Source: Eledone cirrhosa (Eukaryota). Taken from it: a stretch of 64,000 nt of DNA. The position numbers were made by a program, and so were the translations under genes. Of the stretch, positions 23,702-37,280 are shown piece after piece. The notes beneath the pieces are model-generated. The model was not told where the DNA came from, did no database searches, and was given only the letters and a program-made list of their open reading frames with translations. The first letter of the stretch is position 1. Each line of letters starts with the position of its first letter. Location: the NCBI GenBank assembly GCA_964016885.1, contig OZ024741.1, positions 191,208,001 through 191,272,000 of the forward strand, in the 5' to 3' direction.

Positions 23702-23826
23702 GGCTAACAAGTTGTTTCAAATATTGCACAGTAAAAGTGGACATAGATGTTGGGATATCGAATATAAATCAATATTAGTCCATTGAAAATAAATAAAAAA
23801 AGTCTGTCAATATTATCATCAGAGCC
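23702..23826 (-). ncRNA. Hammerhead ribozyme with a greatly extended (97-nt) stem II region
   Basis: Minus strand ggct-CTGATGA-taatattgacag...tggac...gtcca...ctgtgcaatattt-GAAA-caacttg-TT-agcc. Confidence 0.65.
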
Positions 23827-23898
23827 TAAAAAAATTTTTTTATATCATATTAATTCATAAATTAAATCATTTCCCTGAAGTGAAATATATATATTATG

Positions 23899-23939
<41 letters not shown>

Positions 23940-23999
23940 GTATATATATATGTATATATGTGTGTGTGTATGTATATATACATAATATATATATATTTG

Positions 24000-24212
24000 T
24001 TTCTTATTTAGGTATAAGACCAACAATTTTGGGGGAGGAAAGTCGATTAAATCAATCGCAGTTTGTTACTGAGACTTTATTTTCTCGCTTCCATAAGGAT
24101 GAAAGGCAAAGCTAGTCTCGCTGGGATTTGAACTCAGAACGTAAAAGGCCATAACTCTATGCCACAAAGCATAGTATCCGACGCTCTACCGATTCTGCCA
24201 ATTCACCATTAT
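24000..24212 (-). mobile_element. Meta-domain SINE
   Basis: ggatgaaaggcaaag...gggatttgaactcag on plus, i.e. core and B box reversed. Confidence 0.75.
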
Positions 24213-24379
24213 TCAGTAAGAGAAATTCCTAAACATTTTATACACCTCATCATAAAATATAATACTGAATATTTTTCTTTTCTACGATTTAATTACACTT
24301 AAGTAATTAATTATTTAAAATATAAAGAAGTTTTAAAGTTCAGTCTCAATGCTATATAATATTGTTCTTGCAATAATAG

Positions 24380-24570
24380 GACGGTGGATTAGCAATATCG
24401 GTAGAGCGTTAGACACCATGCTTTGCAGCATAGAGTTATGGACCTTTACACTGAGTTCAAATCCTGCCGAGGTTAACATTGCCTTTCATCCTTAAGGGGT
24501 CGATAAAATAAAGTACCAGTAATACACTGGGGTAATTGCTGGCCTTGTGCCAAAAGTAGAAACAATTATT
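24380..24570 (+). mobile_element. Meta-domain SINE
   Basis: Same A/B boxes and core as 12288; a 3' half copy follows at about 24870-24965. Confidence 0.8.
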
Positions 24571-24994
24571 GCTCTTGCAAAGCAATAGTATTTCTCTCTT
24601 ATTTGACTTAGGAAGCCACATTTAGATTGTAATGTGTATTTCAAGGACAGTCTTATTTATATAGCCAGGTTCAAGCAAACAAGACAAACATACCATAAAT
24701 GTATAAACACTGCTGTTTCTCGTTAGGGTTTTAAATTTCCATCACATCATTAAACAAGAAATAAATAGATAAAATAAATAAATAAGATTTGAATTTGAAT
24801 AAAGGATGATGTAACAGTGTAGATTCCAAAAAAAGGGTGTGCTCATGAGTCAAGTATTTCATATTGTTATTCTTTGCCTTTCATCCTTACAGGGGTCGAT
24901 AAAATAAAGTACCAGTAATGTACTGGGTAATTGCTGGCCTTGTGCCAAAAGTAGAATCAATTATTATTATTATTATTACAGTTGCATTTATTTT

Positions 24995-25975
24995 GCTTTA
25001 TGTTCATATGAGTTATCACCAAGTCACAACCAGTGACCTCAAGAGACAACAAGGTCCGCCATGTTCAAGAAAGCACATACATACAAACACATGCATCTTT
25101 AGGTGTTTAGACTTGTGATGTACTTATATTGACAGAATCTTCCTTAGTATATGGGCAGTTCCCATTGTACTATCTTTTGTATTTCTTCTATACACGGGTT
25201 TCCTGGGATTTGCAATAAGTAATCGTTAGACCCCTTGGGTAACATTCCTAGAACACCTACAACCACTGGTATTGTTTTAGTTCTCAATTTCTATCTCCAG
25301 GTCCTTATACTTGCTCAATTTTTCAAATGTTTTTATAGATACATTCTTGTCTATTGGAACAGACATATTAATTAGCAGGCATACCCTCTTTTTAAAGTCC
25401 TTCAGTATTATATCAGGTCTATTTGCATCTATTTTTCGGTCTGTTTGGATGCTAAAGTTCCACAAGATTGAGATGTGATCTTTTTCAAGTATGGGACGTG
25501 GTTGATGCTCCCACCAATTCTTTTGATGGGGCAGGTCAAAATGCTTACACATTATCCAATGTATGTATTGTGCAGCTCTGTCATGCCTGTTTAGGTATTC
25601 GGTTGGAGCTATAGGACTGCACATTGAAAATATATGATCAATGGTCTCTGGTTGTTTTTTACATACACAGCATAATGGGTTGCATCCATTTTTTATTATG
25701 TTGGCTTGGTAATTTTTTGTTGGCAGACACTGACCTTGTGCTGATATAATCAGTCCTTCAGTCTCCGATTTCAGTCCAGAGGATGCCAACCACTGATGGG
25801 TTAAAGTTTTGTCAACATCAGGATTGTTAGCTCGCTCTGGGTATTTTCCATACAGAGGCTTTTCTTGCCATTTCTTAGCCAGTTTCTGTAGCAGTTCTTT
25901 CTTTGCAGTTACTTTTACCTGCTTTGCTTTTTCTGTGTTTTTCATTTCAGCAGTAAATGGAACTTCTGAAATTTG
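24995..25975 (-). mobile_element. R4/Dong-clade LINE 3' fragment (CCHC zinc knuckle and restriction-like endonuclease)
   Basis: GLKSETEG...CCVC..ETIDHI..C...RHD...LWNFSIQTD...NRPDII...K..KY.DL; bounded by (ATT)n. Confidence 0.85.
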
Positions 25976-25982
25976 TATTATT

Positions 25983-26015
<33 letters not shown>

Positions 26016-26019
26016 GTTC

Positions 26020-26436
26020 TTTGAGTCTCAGTCATTGATTTTATGTAACTAGAAAGTTTGTTGAAATGAATATCAAGCCACTACCTGCAGCCTCAGATAT
26101 TCAGGACGCATCGGAGAGTTCTTGCTGTTCCCAGCAAGCATGCCTTTTGAAGTGTTCCAAAAAGCGGGGCGGGACCAATTTTCTTTAACCATCCTTGGAA
26201 ACTCTTTGAGATAGTACCTAGTGCGCCTATGACAATCGGGACCACTTTGACCTCATGGCAGTTCCAAATCCTTTTTACCTCCCACTTTAAGTCCTGGTAT
26301 CGGTTAATTTTCTCCCTCTCCTTCTGTTGCACTCTCGTGTCGAATGGGCAGACTACATCCACAATCAGGCACGATCTTTTTACCTTGTCTAAAACCACCA
26401 GGTCAGGTCTATTGTGTTCCAGTTTCTTGTCCGTCT

Positions 26437-26437
<1 letters not shown>
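26020..26437 (-). mobile_element. R4/Dong LINE short 3' copy
   Basis: QTDKKLEHNRPDLVV...KINRYQDL...VPIVIGALG; flanked by (ATT)n; duplicates 26505-26920. Confidence 0.88.
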
Positions 26438-26486
<49 letters not shown>

Positions 26487-26504
26487 GTTGTTGTTGTTGT
26501 TGTT

Positions 26505-28682
26505 CTTTGAGTCTCAGTCATTGATGTTATTTAACCGGAAAGTTTGTTGAAATGAATATCAAGCCGCTACCTGCAGCCTCAGATATTCAGGACGTATCGG
26601 AGGGTTCTTCCTGTTACCAGCAAGCATGCCTTTTGAAGTGTTCCAAAAAGCGGGGCTGGACTAATCTTCTTTAACCATCCTTGGAAACTCTTTGAGATAG
26701 TACCTAGTGCGCCTATGACAATCGGGACGACCTTGATTTTGTGGCAGTTCCAAATCCTTATTAACTCCCACTTTAAGTCCTGGTATTGGTTAATTTTCCC
26801 CCTCCCCTTCTCTTGCACTCTTGTGTCAAATGGGCAGACTACATCTACAATCAGGCACAATCTTTTTTCCTTGTCCAAAACCACCAGGTCAGGCCTATTG
26901 TGTTCTAATTTCTTGTCCGTCTATATCCTAAAATCCCATAGCACCTTCACCTGATCATTTTCTATCACCGACTCTGGCTTATGCTCACACCACTTCTCAG
27001 AATGTGATAAATTGTTTAGTTTGCATAGATGCCAGTGAATCACCTTTCCTATCACATCATGTCTCCAGCCTTTATAGTGAGTCTGGGCTAGGTGTTTACA
27101 CTCGGATACAATGTGAGCCACAGTCTCCTCTCTCTCTCTCCACAGATCCTACACAGTGAGCTAGCCTCCTCCTTGTCAATATGGTGTATCAGCCACTTCG
27201 TTCTGAGGGCTTTCTCTTGTGCAGCCATTAGCCTTCCCTCTGTAGCTTTTTTAAGGTCTCCTCTTTCTAACCAGTTCCATGTCTTTGGATCTCTGAATTC
27301 TGTTTTCTTAAAGAAAGTGCTATGAAGGGATTTTTCATGAAGGATGCTCTTCCTCCTTGTTATTTTCTCCTTGGACATCCCCTGGTCTATTGTCTTCTCC
27401 TTCAGTACAACTTTGAGCATTGGCTCCCTACTGTCAGACACATATTTGTGCAGACTGCTTTTCTCCATCTGAACACAATCCTCTATGCTGATAAGACCTC
27501 TTCCACCTTCAGATCTCTTTAAGTAGAATCTATCAACATCACTCCTCTTGTGGAACATGCTGTAGGTAGTCATTAGCTTCCTAATCTTCCTATCCATTTC
27601 TTTTTGTTCAGTAACATTTCATTTCAGAATTCCCACACTGTACCTAATAATAGACACAGCTCGGGAATTTACTGAACTTATGACATTCCTACTATTTAGA
27701 TGTGATTTTAGTAAGTTCCTTACTCTCCTTATGTATTCAGATCTTATCAATTCCTTCATTTTTTTTGTTCTTGATGTCATCTGCCTCCAAAACACCTAGA
27801 TATTTGTATCCCTCTTCAGTGTCAATTTCCTTTATCATCTCACCTGTCGGTACCTGGATTCTGTTGCTTCTGTTCAATTTACCCCTCTTCATAACTAGGA
27901 CTCCACACTTATTAATAGCAAATTGCATACATATATCATTGCTGAAAATACGGACAGTGTTAACAAATACATCCAACTCCTTCTCACTTTTCCCAAAGAG
28001 TTTTAGATCATCCATGAAGAGGAGGTGGTTGATGGTAAGCTTTCCTCTTCCCAAATTGTATCCTGCTCTCACTTTTCACAATATGACGGACAGGGTATCA
28101 GGGCAAGGACAAACAACAAAGGGGACAAACTATCTCTCTGGAAGAAACCTCTCTTGATCTTCACGCCTCCCAAGGATTCTTCGCCTGATGTTAGCTCTGT
28201 TTCCCAGGACTTCATACTTTTACTTAATAGCTGTCTGATGTTGTCTGCCACCTTGAAGATCTCTAGGCTTTTGGTGATCCAAGAATGAGGTACCATGTCA
28301 AATGCTTTTTTGTAATCTATCCATCCCATGGCAAGACCAGTGTGCCTCCTCTTGCAATTCCTTATTACCATCTTGTCAATAAGTAACTGGTCTTTTGTAC
28401 CATGGGACTTCTTTTGGCATCCTTTCTGTTCGTCCGGTAACAAGTTGTTTATGTGGAGATGATAGTAGATTTCCTCAGACACAATGCTTGTTAACAGTTT
28501 CCACATTACAGACAGACATGTGATAGGCCTATAGTTGGTAACATCATTACCCTTGATTCGGTCTTTCATTACCAAAACTGTGGTACCTTTTGTCAACCAC
28601 TCTGGTACTTCACCCAACATCAAGCAGTAATTGAACATGGCTGTCAGTTTTGGGTGGGGGGATGTTATATTTTTTATCCATC
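26505..28682 (-). mobile_element. R4/Dong-clade LINE, 5'-truncated and frameshifted (RT, CCHC, RLE)
   Basis: NYRPITCL, WIDYKKAFDMVPHSW, FQRDSLSPLLF, HLLFMDDLKL, YKYLG, CRICGE, RHD. Confidence 0.92.
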
Positions 28683-28704
28683 TGAGCCTGGTAATTATTA
28701 TTCT

Positions 28705-28884
28705 TATTATTGGCAGTATCGGTAGAGGGTCGGACGCCATGCTTTCCAGCATAGTTACGTCCCTTTACGATCTGAGTTCAAATCCCGCCGTGGTTGACTT
28801 TTCCTTTCATCCTTACGGGGTCGATAAAATAAAGTACCAGTAATGCACTGGGTAATTGCTGGCCTTGTGCCTAAAGTAGACACA

Positions 28885-28947
<63 letters not shown>

Positions 28948-29140
28948 GATGGCGGTGGATTGGCAGTATCGGTAGAGGGTCGGACATCATGCTTTGACGC
29001 ATAGAGTTAGGCCCTTGTCATTCTGAGTTTAAATCCCGCCAAGCTTCACTTTGCCTTTCTTCCTTACAGGGGTCGATAAAATAAAGTACCAGTAATGCAC
29101 TGGGTAATTGCTGGCCTTGTGCCTAAAGTACAAACAATTA
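28705..29140 (+). mobile_element. Two tandem Meta-domain SINEs separated by (ATT)n
   Basis: Copies at about 28705-28885 and 28950-29140 with the same core. Confidence 0.85.
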
Positions 29141-29154
29141 TTATTATTATTATT

Positions 29155-32100
29155 GTTGTGATCGGACGTCTTTTTGCTCACTCCTGTAAGTCTCGCACAG
29201 TGTCAAACCGCGCAATTGCCACAAAATCGCATTGTGTGGAGAGAGCCACAGAGGCTCAAATCCAGAAGGCCTTGAGAACTGTGTGGGCATGGAAAACCCA
29301 CATCACCCGAGGCAAGAATTATGCTACCGTGGACATCCTTTTTGCTACCACCCAGGAAGCAAAATCACACTCACTGAAGACCCTACGGCCCTACTGAAGA
29401 CACTGAAGGCCCTACTGTGGGAAAAAAACTGCAAGGGTCAGGGTAACCCAGGTTCTGCCCTATGTACCCATGCCTTGGCTGATCGTGTTGTTCTTGTGGG
29501 CATCGAGGATAGAACAACCATTCTGCAGGTACAGAAGTTGGGGAGAGAAGACTGGTCGGGTATTAGAATGGAGATGCTCATCCAAACCGACCAGGATTGC
29601 ATCAATGCTATTCCCGATGTAATAGACCTCGGGAATGGCTTCCAACTTCCCATATCTGTGGAAGGAAGGTGCCAAAGTGCTTCAACTGTGGATAGAAGTC
29701 TCACCTCAGGGGCTTCTACAGAGAGTAGGAGGACAACGTCCATGGCAACCCACACCAAAACCATGGACAACAAAAACAGCGGCGGCAACTGCAGCAACAG
29801 AAATAGTAGCACTAGCTGTATCTGAGCCAAGAACGGCAGACCAGGCACCACCATCACCATCACCAACAACAACAACAACAAAGACAAATGAGAGGGTAGA
29901 ATTCATACCCCTCCCCGACCTCTCACAGTTGGACATGGAGTATGAGGCAGCTGAGGAGTGGAAAACGGTTGTCAATAAAAAGAACAAACACAAAAACACC
30001 ACAGCTTCTCCCTCCAAAAGCAAAGGCAAAGAAAGAGGGGTAAAGGCTGCAAGGATACTTGCAGCAACACCACTACAAGCATCACCACCAACAACAACCA
30101 CACCATCACCAGCATCACCAAAAACACCAACATCGTAAACACAACAAAGCACACACACCCAACAGCAACAAAATCAACACCCTCCAAAAAAAGTACATAG
30201 CCATAAATATATCACACACAAAGGATTAATGGAACATATAAAACAACACACAGACATTACAGACTTAGATTACCACACCCTATCAACACCAAGAACATTA
30301 CCCAAAAACATTACAATTGTCGAAATTAAACAGGAAGACTATAAACAATTAAAGCAAAAATTCCCCAACTGCGTAGGAGATTTCAGGAAGTCACTCTCCA
30401 AAAGAATATACACAGATATCATCTTGGAGACACCCATGACCAGCCGAAGGGACGGTTCTACTGTCCCTTCTGCACACGATCAAGGTAAGTGATCCTTTCT
30501 CACTTACCACGTTTCCTCATCCAGCATGGCCGTACTTAGAATAGGCCGTATAAATGTACATGGCCTGGGGTCATCTTGGAAGCAGGGTCACCTGCTGAAT
30601 GACCTCAGGTCACTAAAGATAGATGTGGTGGCCATCAGCGAGACCAGAATCTCCGAAGCATGAGCCTTCACACCTATCTTTGGCGACTACGATGTATACG
30701 CATCTCCCAGTCGTCCGGGATCGGGGGGGGGGGGGAGTTGCTGTGCTTTTTCGGAGAGGCTTGGATCTCGCCATACGAGCCATCTTCCTGGACCCAGGAG
30801 GTAAGTCGGTGGTGTTGGACGTGACCGGCAGCGAAGGCAATGCGTTCAGGCTAGTGGCCGTCTATGCCCCAACAGGGGCAGGACGGCCAGATTTCTTCAG
30901 ACGTCTAGAGACCTTTCTTGGAACGTCCCGCTTTTTAGTGTTAGTGGGCAACTGGAATGGTATCTTAGATGCATGCTGGGATTATGTGAGGCTAGTAGAC
31001 AGGGCAGGTGGGTGTAAAAGCCTCAACAACCTGCTCAGACGTTTTGAACTGTCTGACAGGTATAGACTGGATTATCCGAATGTGCCAATGTGGACATGGG
31101 CAAACCGTATCGGGTCATCCAGATCGTATTTACATAGGGTATTCAGATCGTATTTACATAGGGAAACAGATAAGGCTAGTGTAGGTTCTCCACAATTTAA
31201 AGTAGTTGACTACACGGACACAAATTTGTGATCTGTGAAGTGGACTTAGATAGACTCCATAGGCAAGGGCCGGGTTACTGGAAGCTGAACATGTTGTTCC
31301 CAGCGTGTAAAGCTTACAGAGACTGGATTAGTGAATTAGTTAAGCGTGTGTTGACGGGTGCGATCCTCAACAACAGGTGGTGGTTTACCCTGAAAAGGGC
31401 TATTAGAGTAGAATCGATGAGGTTTAACAAAGGAGTAGTGATTGAGGAAAATAGAGTAGAGGGAGAGCTAGTTAGAAAGCTAGAAGAGGCGTTAAGGACA
31501 GGCATCGCAACCGACCAATTCTTCAACACAAAGCATGAAGGGTGCATTGTCAGAGCTAGAGCACATGCTCTGAGACGAGGGGACGAAAGCCGTTCAATGG
31601 GCCCGGGTGGAGGAGGTGCGACGTGGCAACAAATCCATAATTTGGTCTTTGCCTGATCAAAACGGGCGCACGTTGCTAGAACCCGAGCAGATATGTACGA
31701 CTTTTCAACAGCACTTTGTTCAATTGTTCGGGAGCAACGGCAGGCCGGATCGGAGTGTGGACTTCGGTGCATACCTTGATGGACTGCGGCGCCTCTCGGT
31801 GACCACAGCACAGTGCTGCGAAAAGCCGATAACAGCAGGTGAAATACGTAAGCGACGTCTGACTGCACGCGGGGTAAATCGCCAGGTTTGGATGGTCTGC
31901 CCTATGAGCTTTATGCATTTATGCCAGACTTGTTCGGCGACTTCTTGGCAGATGTCTACTGCAACTGGCAGCAGAACGGGACCATTCCCAGTTTTGTGAG
32001 CCGCGGAGCAGTGGCGCTGCTGAGAAAAGACCCGAACAAGGGGGACGTTATAGACAACTTCAAGCCCATAACTCTGCTAAACGCGGAATTAGCAAAGAGA

Positions 32101-32912
32101 TTGGTGCTTGTCATCGGTGATCTGGTGCGGGAGGCATAGACATGCACCATTCCAGACAGATCCATCCACGACAGCCTCCATCTCATGTGATACATCATAG
32201 AGAGGGTGGTTAAGGAATCTGGCACGGGTGGGGCCCTGATCAACTTGGATCAATCTAAAGCATTTGATAGAGTCGACCATTGGTACCTGGCTTCTGCTCT
32301 CGAGGCGGCTGGTTTCGGGCCCGTTTTTAAGGGCTGGATAGCTGCGATGCATAACGACATCAGCTCAATTGTGAGGGTGAATGGTTACCTGTCACAGCCA
32401 TTCAGCATCATGTGCTCGGTCTGCCCGGGTTGTCCCCTCTCGTCCCTCTTGGAGACCAAATTGGAGACCATGACGGGGGTCCCTCACAAACTGGGATCCG
32501 GGAGATCCGCGTCGGCTTATGCCGACGTCACCGTGGTGGTGTCGAACACCAAACACATCCAGATGCTCGGCACCGCTCTCAAGGAATACGAGACGGTGAC
32601 AGGAGCAAGGATAAACCAGGAAAAGTCGGTGGGCTTGCAACTCGGCACCTGGAAAGGCAAGACCATGCTGTCCGACAGCATTTTGGGGCGTTGGGCGGAA
32701 GGACCGGTTAAATTGCTCGGGGTCTGGTTCGGTCCGGACCTCCAGAAGGAGAAAAACTGGAGCGAGGTGACAAGCAGGGTGGCTTCTCTCAGAGGTCGGG
32801 TGGAGGTGACTAATGCGTACATTGCGTCCGTCATCTGCTACCGCCTGACAGTCGTACCTAGCCCCCGCCCAACTCTGACCAAAATGGAGTGCCTTCTCTT
32901 CCTCTTTTTGTG
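29155..32912 (+). mobile_element. Tx1/L1-type LINE, disrupted (ORF1, AP endonuclease, RT), 3'-truncated
   Basis: INVHGL, RLVAVYAP, LVGNWN, GPGYWKLN, DGLPYE, FKPITLLN, LDQSKAFDRVDH, GCPLS, AYAD, LLGVWF. Confidence 0.88.
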
Positions 32913-33050
32913 GTTACGGGCCTTTACAGTCTGAGTTCAAATTCCACCAAGGTTAACTTTGCCTTTCATCCTTACAGGGTCGACAAAATAAAGTACCAGT
33001 AATGTACTAGGATAATTGCTGGCCTTGTGCCAAAAATAGAAACAATTATA
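32913..33050 (+). mobile_element. Meta-domain SINE, 5'-truncated
   Basis: gagttcaaattcc...gcctttcatccttacagggtcgacaaaataaagtaccag. Confidence 0.8.
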
Positions 33051-33168
33051 TAATCTTTTACTCTATTAATCTCCTACATTATGTTTTTATACATACTTTT
33101 TGATTGGATTCAAACCTTTATTTTTAAACTATCATCATCAGCATCATTATCATCATCATCATCATCAT

Positions 33169-33520
33169 CGTTTAACATCTATCTTCCATGCTACCATGGG
33201 TTAGACAGGAGTTGTCCTCGTATAGGACTATCTGGCAGGTTTTCTACGGCTGGATGCCCTTCCTAACACCAACCACATTTACAGTGTGGACTGGGAACTT
33301 TTTACCGTGTTACCTACACGGCCACATTACAGCATGGACTGTGTGCTTTTTTTGTTGTGACACCTACACAATCTCATTAGTTTGGACTGGATGTTGTGGT
33401 ACCAACATAGCTTTATAGAGAAAGGGTGGTGTTGGCAGGAGTGGGAGGATGAAGTGGGGTAGTGGGTTGGGGTGTGTTTAGTTTGGAGGGGCCTACTGAC
33501 TGTAGGTTAACTTTGCTATA
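33169..33520 (-). mobile_element. RTE 3'-UTR fragment
   Basis: Collinear with 2254-2610; (CAT)n end. Confidence 0.85.
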
Positions 33521-33959
33521 TGCAACAATATTCTTATCCACCAAACCACTTATTTATAAAGAAAGATTATGCTGGCTTTGAACTGGACATACACCTTTGA
33601 ACTTACATTCTATGAAGAACAGGTTGTAGAGATTCACCTCTATGTTATTGTGATGACTCTCCAGATACTCTTTGGCACTATTTATTCCAATGTCTTTATT
33701 ATATTGGTAGCATAACATTATAAGGAACTAAAAGACTTGCATGAATCTGCTTCTGGTCACTGAGAATCTTAAGACTCAATTTGTAATTATAGATGTTACA
33801 TGTATCAGGATAGAACCAGTATAAAACTAGTTAGACCATTACTCAACAGAGTGCTCGATACTTGCAGTAGTAGAAAAGAAAGAGACGATCGACTTTCGTC
33901 AAATCGGACCGAAGGAACAGTGTTTCCGTTGGTCTTTCCAATTGCTAATACTATCTATT

Positions 33960-34097
33960 GGTCGCAACTCCAGGTAGAAGGAGCACCATAAAATAAAGTA
34001 TCTTGCTCAAGGACATAACGCATCGCCTGGTCCAGGAATCGAACTCACAACCTTACGATTGCGAATCCAATTCTCTAACCACTCAGCCACACGCCAT
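33960..34097 (-). mobile_element. tRNA-derived SINE 5' part
   Basis: Minus strand ggcgtgtggctgagtggttagag...gagttcgattcc...ccttgagcaagatact. Confidence 0.75.
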
Positions 34098-34479
34098 ACT
34101 CTACAGTAGTAGAGTATGGCTATATTATAAAGAGTCAGGAGCTGATGGCTGAGCTCTTGCTGTTTCAACAGGTAGTTCCTGACTAGATGTTACCTGTATC
34201 AATAAGTCAGCTTCTATAATCAGTCTCTTTCTAAATTTCTTATTCCTATTGAATACAGTCAAAAGTTTATTTCATATAAATATGGAGCTGGAAAACACAT
34301 TAATACTTTTAAAGCTTTTTGTGCTTATGGTAGATAAGGTAAAAGGCCGTTAACTCCTGATGGATTTGTAGGGTTACCATTCTGACACATGGCATGTCTT
34401 GGCCATTTTAAGCCTGGTGGACCTCCATCCTTCTTCAGATCAGAACACAGTCAATTTCTCCCAGAGAAAGAATTATCCA

Positions 34480-34735
34480 CACCAGTACTTTATCTATTTC
34501 AAAAGGCTGATAGGCAAAGTTGAACGTGATAGGATTTGAACTCAGAACATAATGAGCTGAAACAAATACTGAAGTATTTTTTATCTAATACCCTCACAAT
34601 GATTTCTAATTTAGGCATAACACTAACAATATGGGAAAGAGAAAGTCGATTACATCAACCTCAATACTTAGTTGATATTTTATCAAACACAGAAAGATGA
34701 AAGGCAAAGTTGACCTGAGTAGGGTTTGATCTTGA
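34480..34735 (-). mobile_element. Degenerate Meta-domain SINE pieces
   Basis: aggcaaagttga / ggatttgaactcag motifs occur twice. Confidence 0.6.
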
Positions 34736-35597
34736 CTGGTTTTGAACTCCAGAATGAATATTGTAATCCATAATATTAGTTGAAATTTTGATTTTAAGGT
34801 AAAATTGCAATGTCCATTTGCTGCTCGTTTCCTAAAAATCGGTTTTCAGCCTAAAGTTAGCTTTCAGTTTTGGTTAGAAATTACTAAATTATTGATTTAC
34901 ATATATTAAACAAATGGGGTAAAATTGAATCTTTTGTATTTTGTTTGATAATAAAAAAGAAAACTACTAAATTTTCAAAACACTTGACATTATCCTTAGC
35001 AACATTGTTATCCCAACAAACATATAAGGGCATTCATTTTACCATCGACTTTGCAAAATTTAGAGTCCTTCTGATGTATTGATAAAGTCACATGCAACAT
35101 TTTCATATTTTCCAATAAGAAACTAAAGATACTTACATTTCATGATCTTGATTTAATAAGATTGATTAGGTTTACAGCATTGTTCACTACTAATTTCAGG
35201 TTTTAAGATATTGTGTATACCTCAAGTGTATTTTTAGCCCTTTTGTTACCATACTTCTAATGATATACAGTGCCTGCGCATTTCAATTAATTTTGAAAAT
35301 ACGTGTTTGAAACTTATGATGGGAGGTTTTTAGATCGATATAAGCACTTTAAAACAAACAGTTTTGTAATGTAAAACCAAAAGTAGTTTCACGTAATTTG
35401 GTATAAAAGGGTTAATTCAGTCAGTTTTCATAATTTTCAAATAGATGCGTTCGATTACTGCCTAAAACTAAAAACACGATCATCTTACACAAACACAAGT
35501 GTAAATAGACTTGTTTTGTCTCTAGAAAATTTTTTTCCATTTGTGCCATTGCTCAGTCTCCTCAATCTTTCTATCTCTTCTTTAGTTCCTCGCTCTA

Positions 35598-35632
35598 TTT
35601 TCTGATGAAGGACTGGTGTCTGAAACGTTAAG
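35598..35632 (+). ncRNA. Minimal hammerhead-like motif with weak stem I
   Basis: CTGATGA-a-ggac(tggt)gtct-GAAA-cg-TT with palindrome AACGTT; stem I only about 2 bp. Confidence 0.5.
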
Positions 35633-35711
35633 CCTTTTTTCCTACTGTATCAAGCGTAAAACTAATAATGTATTTCTTCATTGTAAAAAAAGAAAAAAAA
35701 TCATGTCAGAA

Positions 35712-35815
35712 CGGCCTTTCATCCTTACGGGGTCGATAAAATAAAGCACCAGTAATTCACTGGGGTTGATTTAACGACTTTCCTATCCCACCCAAATTGT
35801 GCTTAAATCAGTAAT
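35712..35815 (+). mobile_element. Meta-domain SINE 3' half
   Basis: gcctttcatccttacggggtcgataaaataaagcaccag. Confidence 0.75.
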
Positions 35816-36130
35816 CATTATATGTATTGCTTGAAATGTTCTTTAATAGACTACTTTGGTATATTCTGAATAGAGATACATTCTCATATTTGGAGAATTA
35901 TTTGTGTAGTGAGTGTGTGAGTGTGTGGGAGTGTGTGTGGGAGTGTGTGTGTGTGTATGTGTCCTCCATAGAAGCAGGAATTGAAACATCTGGCCATGTT
36001 GTAATGAAATAAAGCAAATATGCTCTACCCTGTTCTTAACATTCAGTTACTTTTTTTTTTTTTGTTTTATTGTGGATTATTACAGTTACTTGATCAGAAT
36101 CTTTCCTTTTCTCCCTCTCTCTCTGTCTCC

Positions 36131-36395
<265 letters not shown>

Positions 36396-36729
36396 AAGAG
36401 AAAGATAGATATACATACATATATTCCAAACATTTAGACACTATCTACAACATATGTTGTCATCTATCACATTCTGTAGGTATAGTAACCAATTCATGCA
36501 TGTTTGTATACACACACACACACATATATACACACATATATACATACATTATATATTCTGTCATTCTACCCCCCCCCCCCCCCCCACCCCACACACTCTC
36601 TCTCTCTCTCTTCCTCTCTAAATATATATGTGTGTGTTTATAGCATCAGTTGATAAAGCCATGCATACCTATAAGCATATAAGCATATATACACGCATAT
36701 ACGCACACATCAGAATGATATATTATAAT

Positions 36730-36925
36730 GGTTTCTACTTTTCGCACAAGGCCAGCAATTATCCCAGTGCGTTACTGGTACTTTATTTTATCGATCCCGT
36801 AAGGATGAAAGGCAAAGTTAACCATGGCGGGATTTGAACTCAGATCATAAAGGGCTGTAACTCTATACTGCAAAGCATGGTGTCCGACTCTCTACCCTTT
36901 AACAATACTGCCAATCCAATGCCTT
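36730..36925 (-). mobile_element. Meta-domain SINE
   Basis: Reverse complement of the 12288-type SINE. Confidence 0.82.
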
Positions 36926-37280
36926 GATATATATAATGTCAGTGCCCCAACATGGCCTTAGCCTTTTGGCTGGAACATGTAATAGAGTAACATATATATA
37001 TATTTATATATATATAGTATATATATATATATTTTTTTTTTCCTCTCCTTTCGTTGCTTCACCCTTCGTGTCTGTTTACATTTTTTTTCTCTCTCTCCTT
37101 TTTTTTTTATCCCAATAACTTATTTTAGTTATTGTTCACCCTAGGCTGAGGTATCTTGTCTCTAACGCGAAGAAATACCTATGATCCTAGCAGACAACTG
37201 ACGATGGATAATACCTTCTTTTGCACGTAACTTTTATTTTCATTATATATATATATACATACATATATCATCATCATCAT

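Noticed and set aside
34770-35416. Possible piggyBac-type end (aaagggTTAA), also near 57435
   Set aside because: No matching left TIR or TTAA duplication identified.
37195-37225. CTGACGA-tggataatacc
   Set aside because: Lacks the GAAA half; at best a deleted relic.
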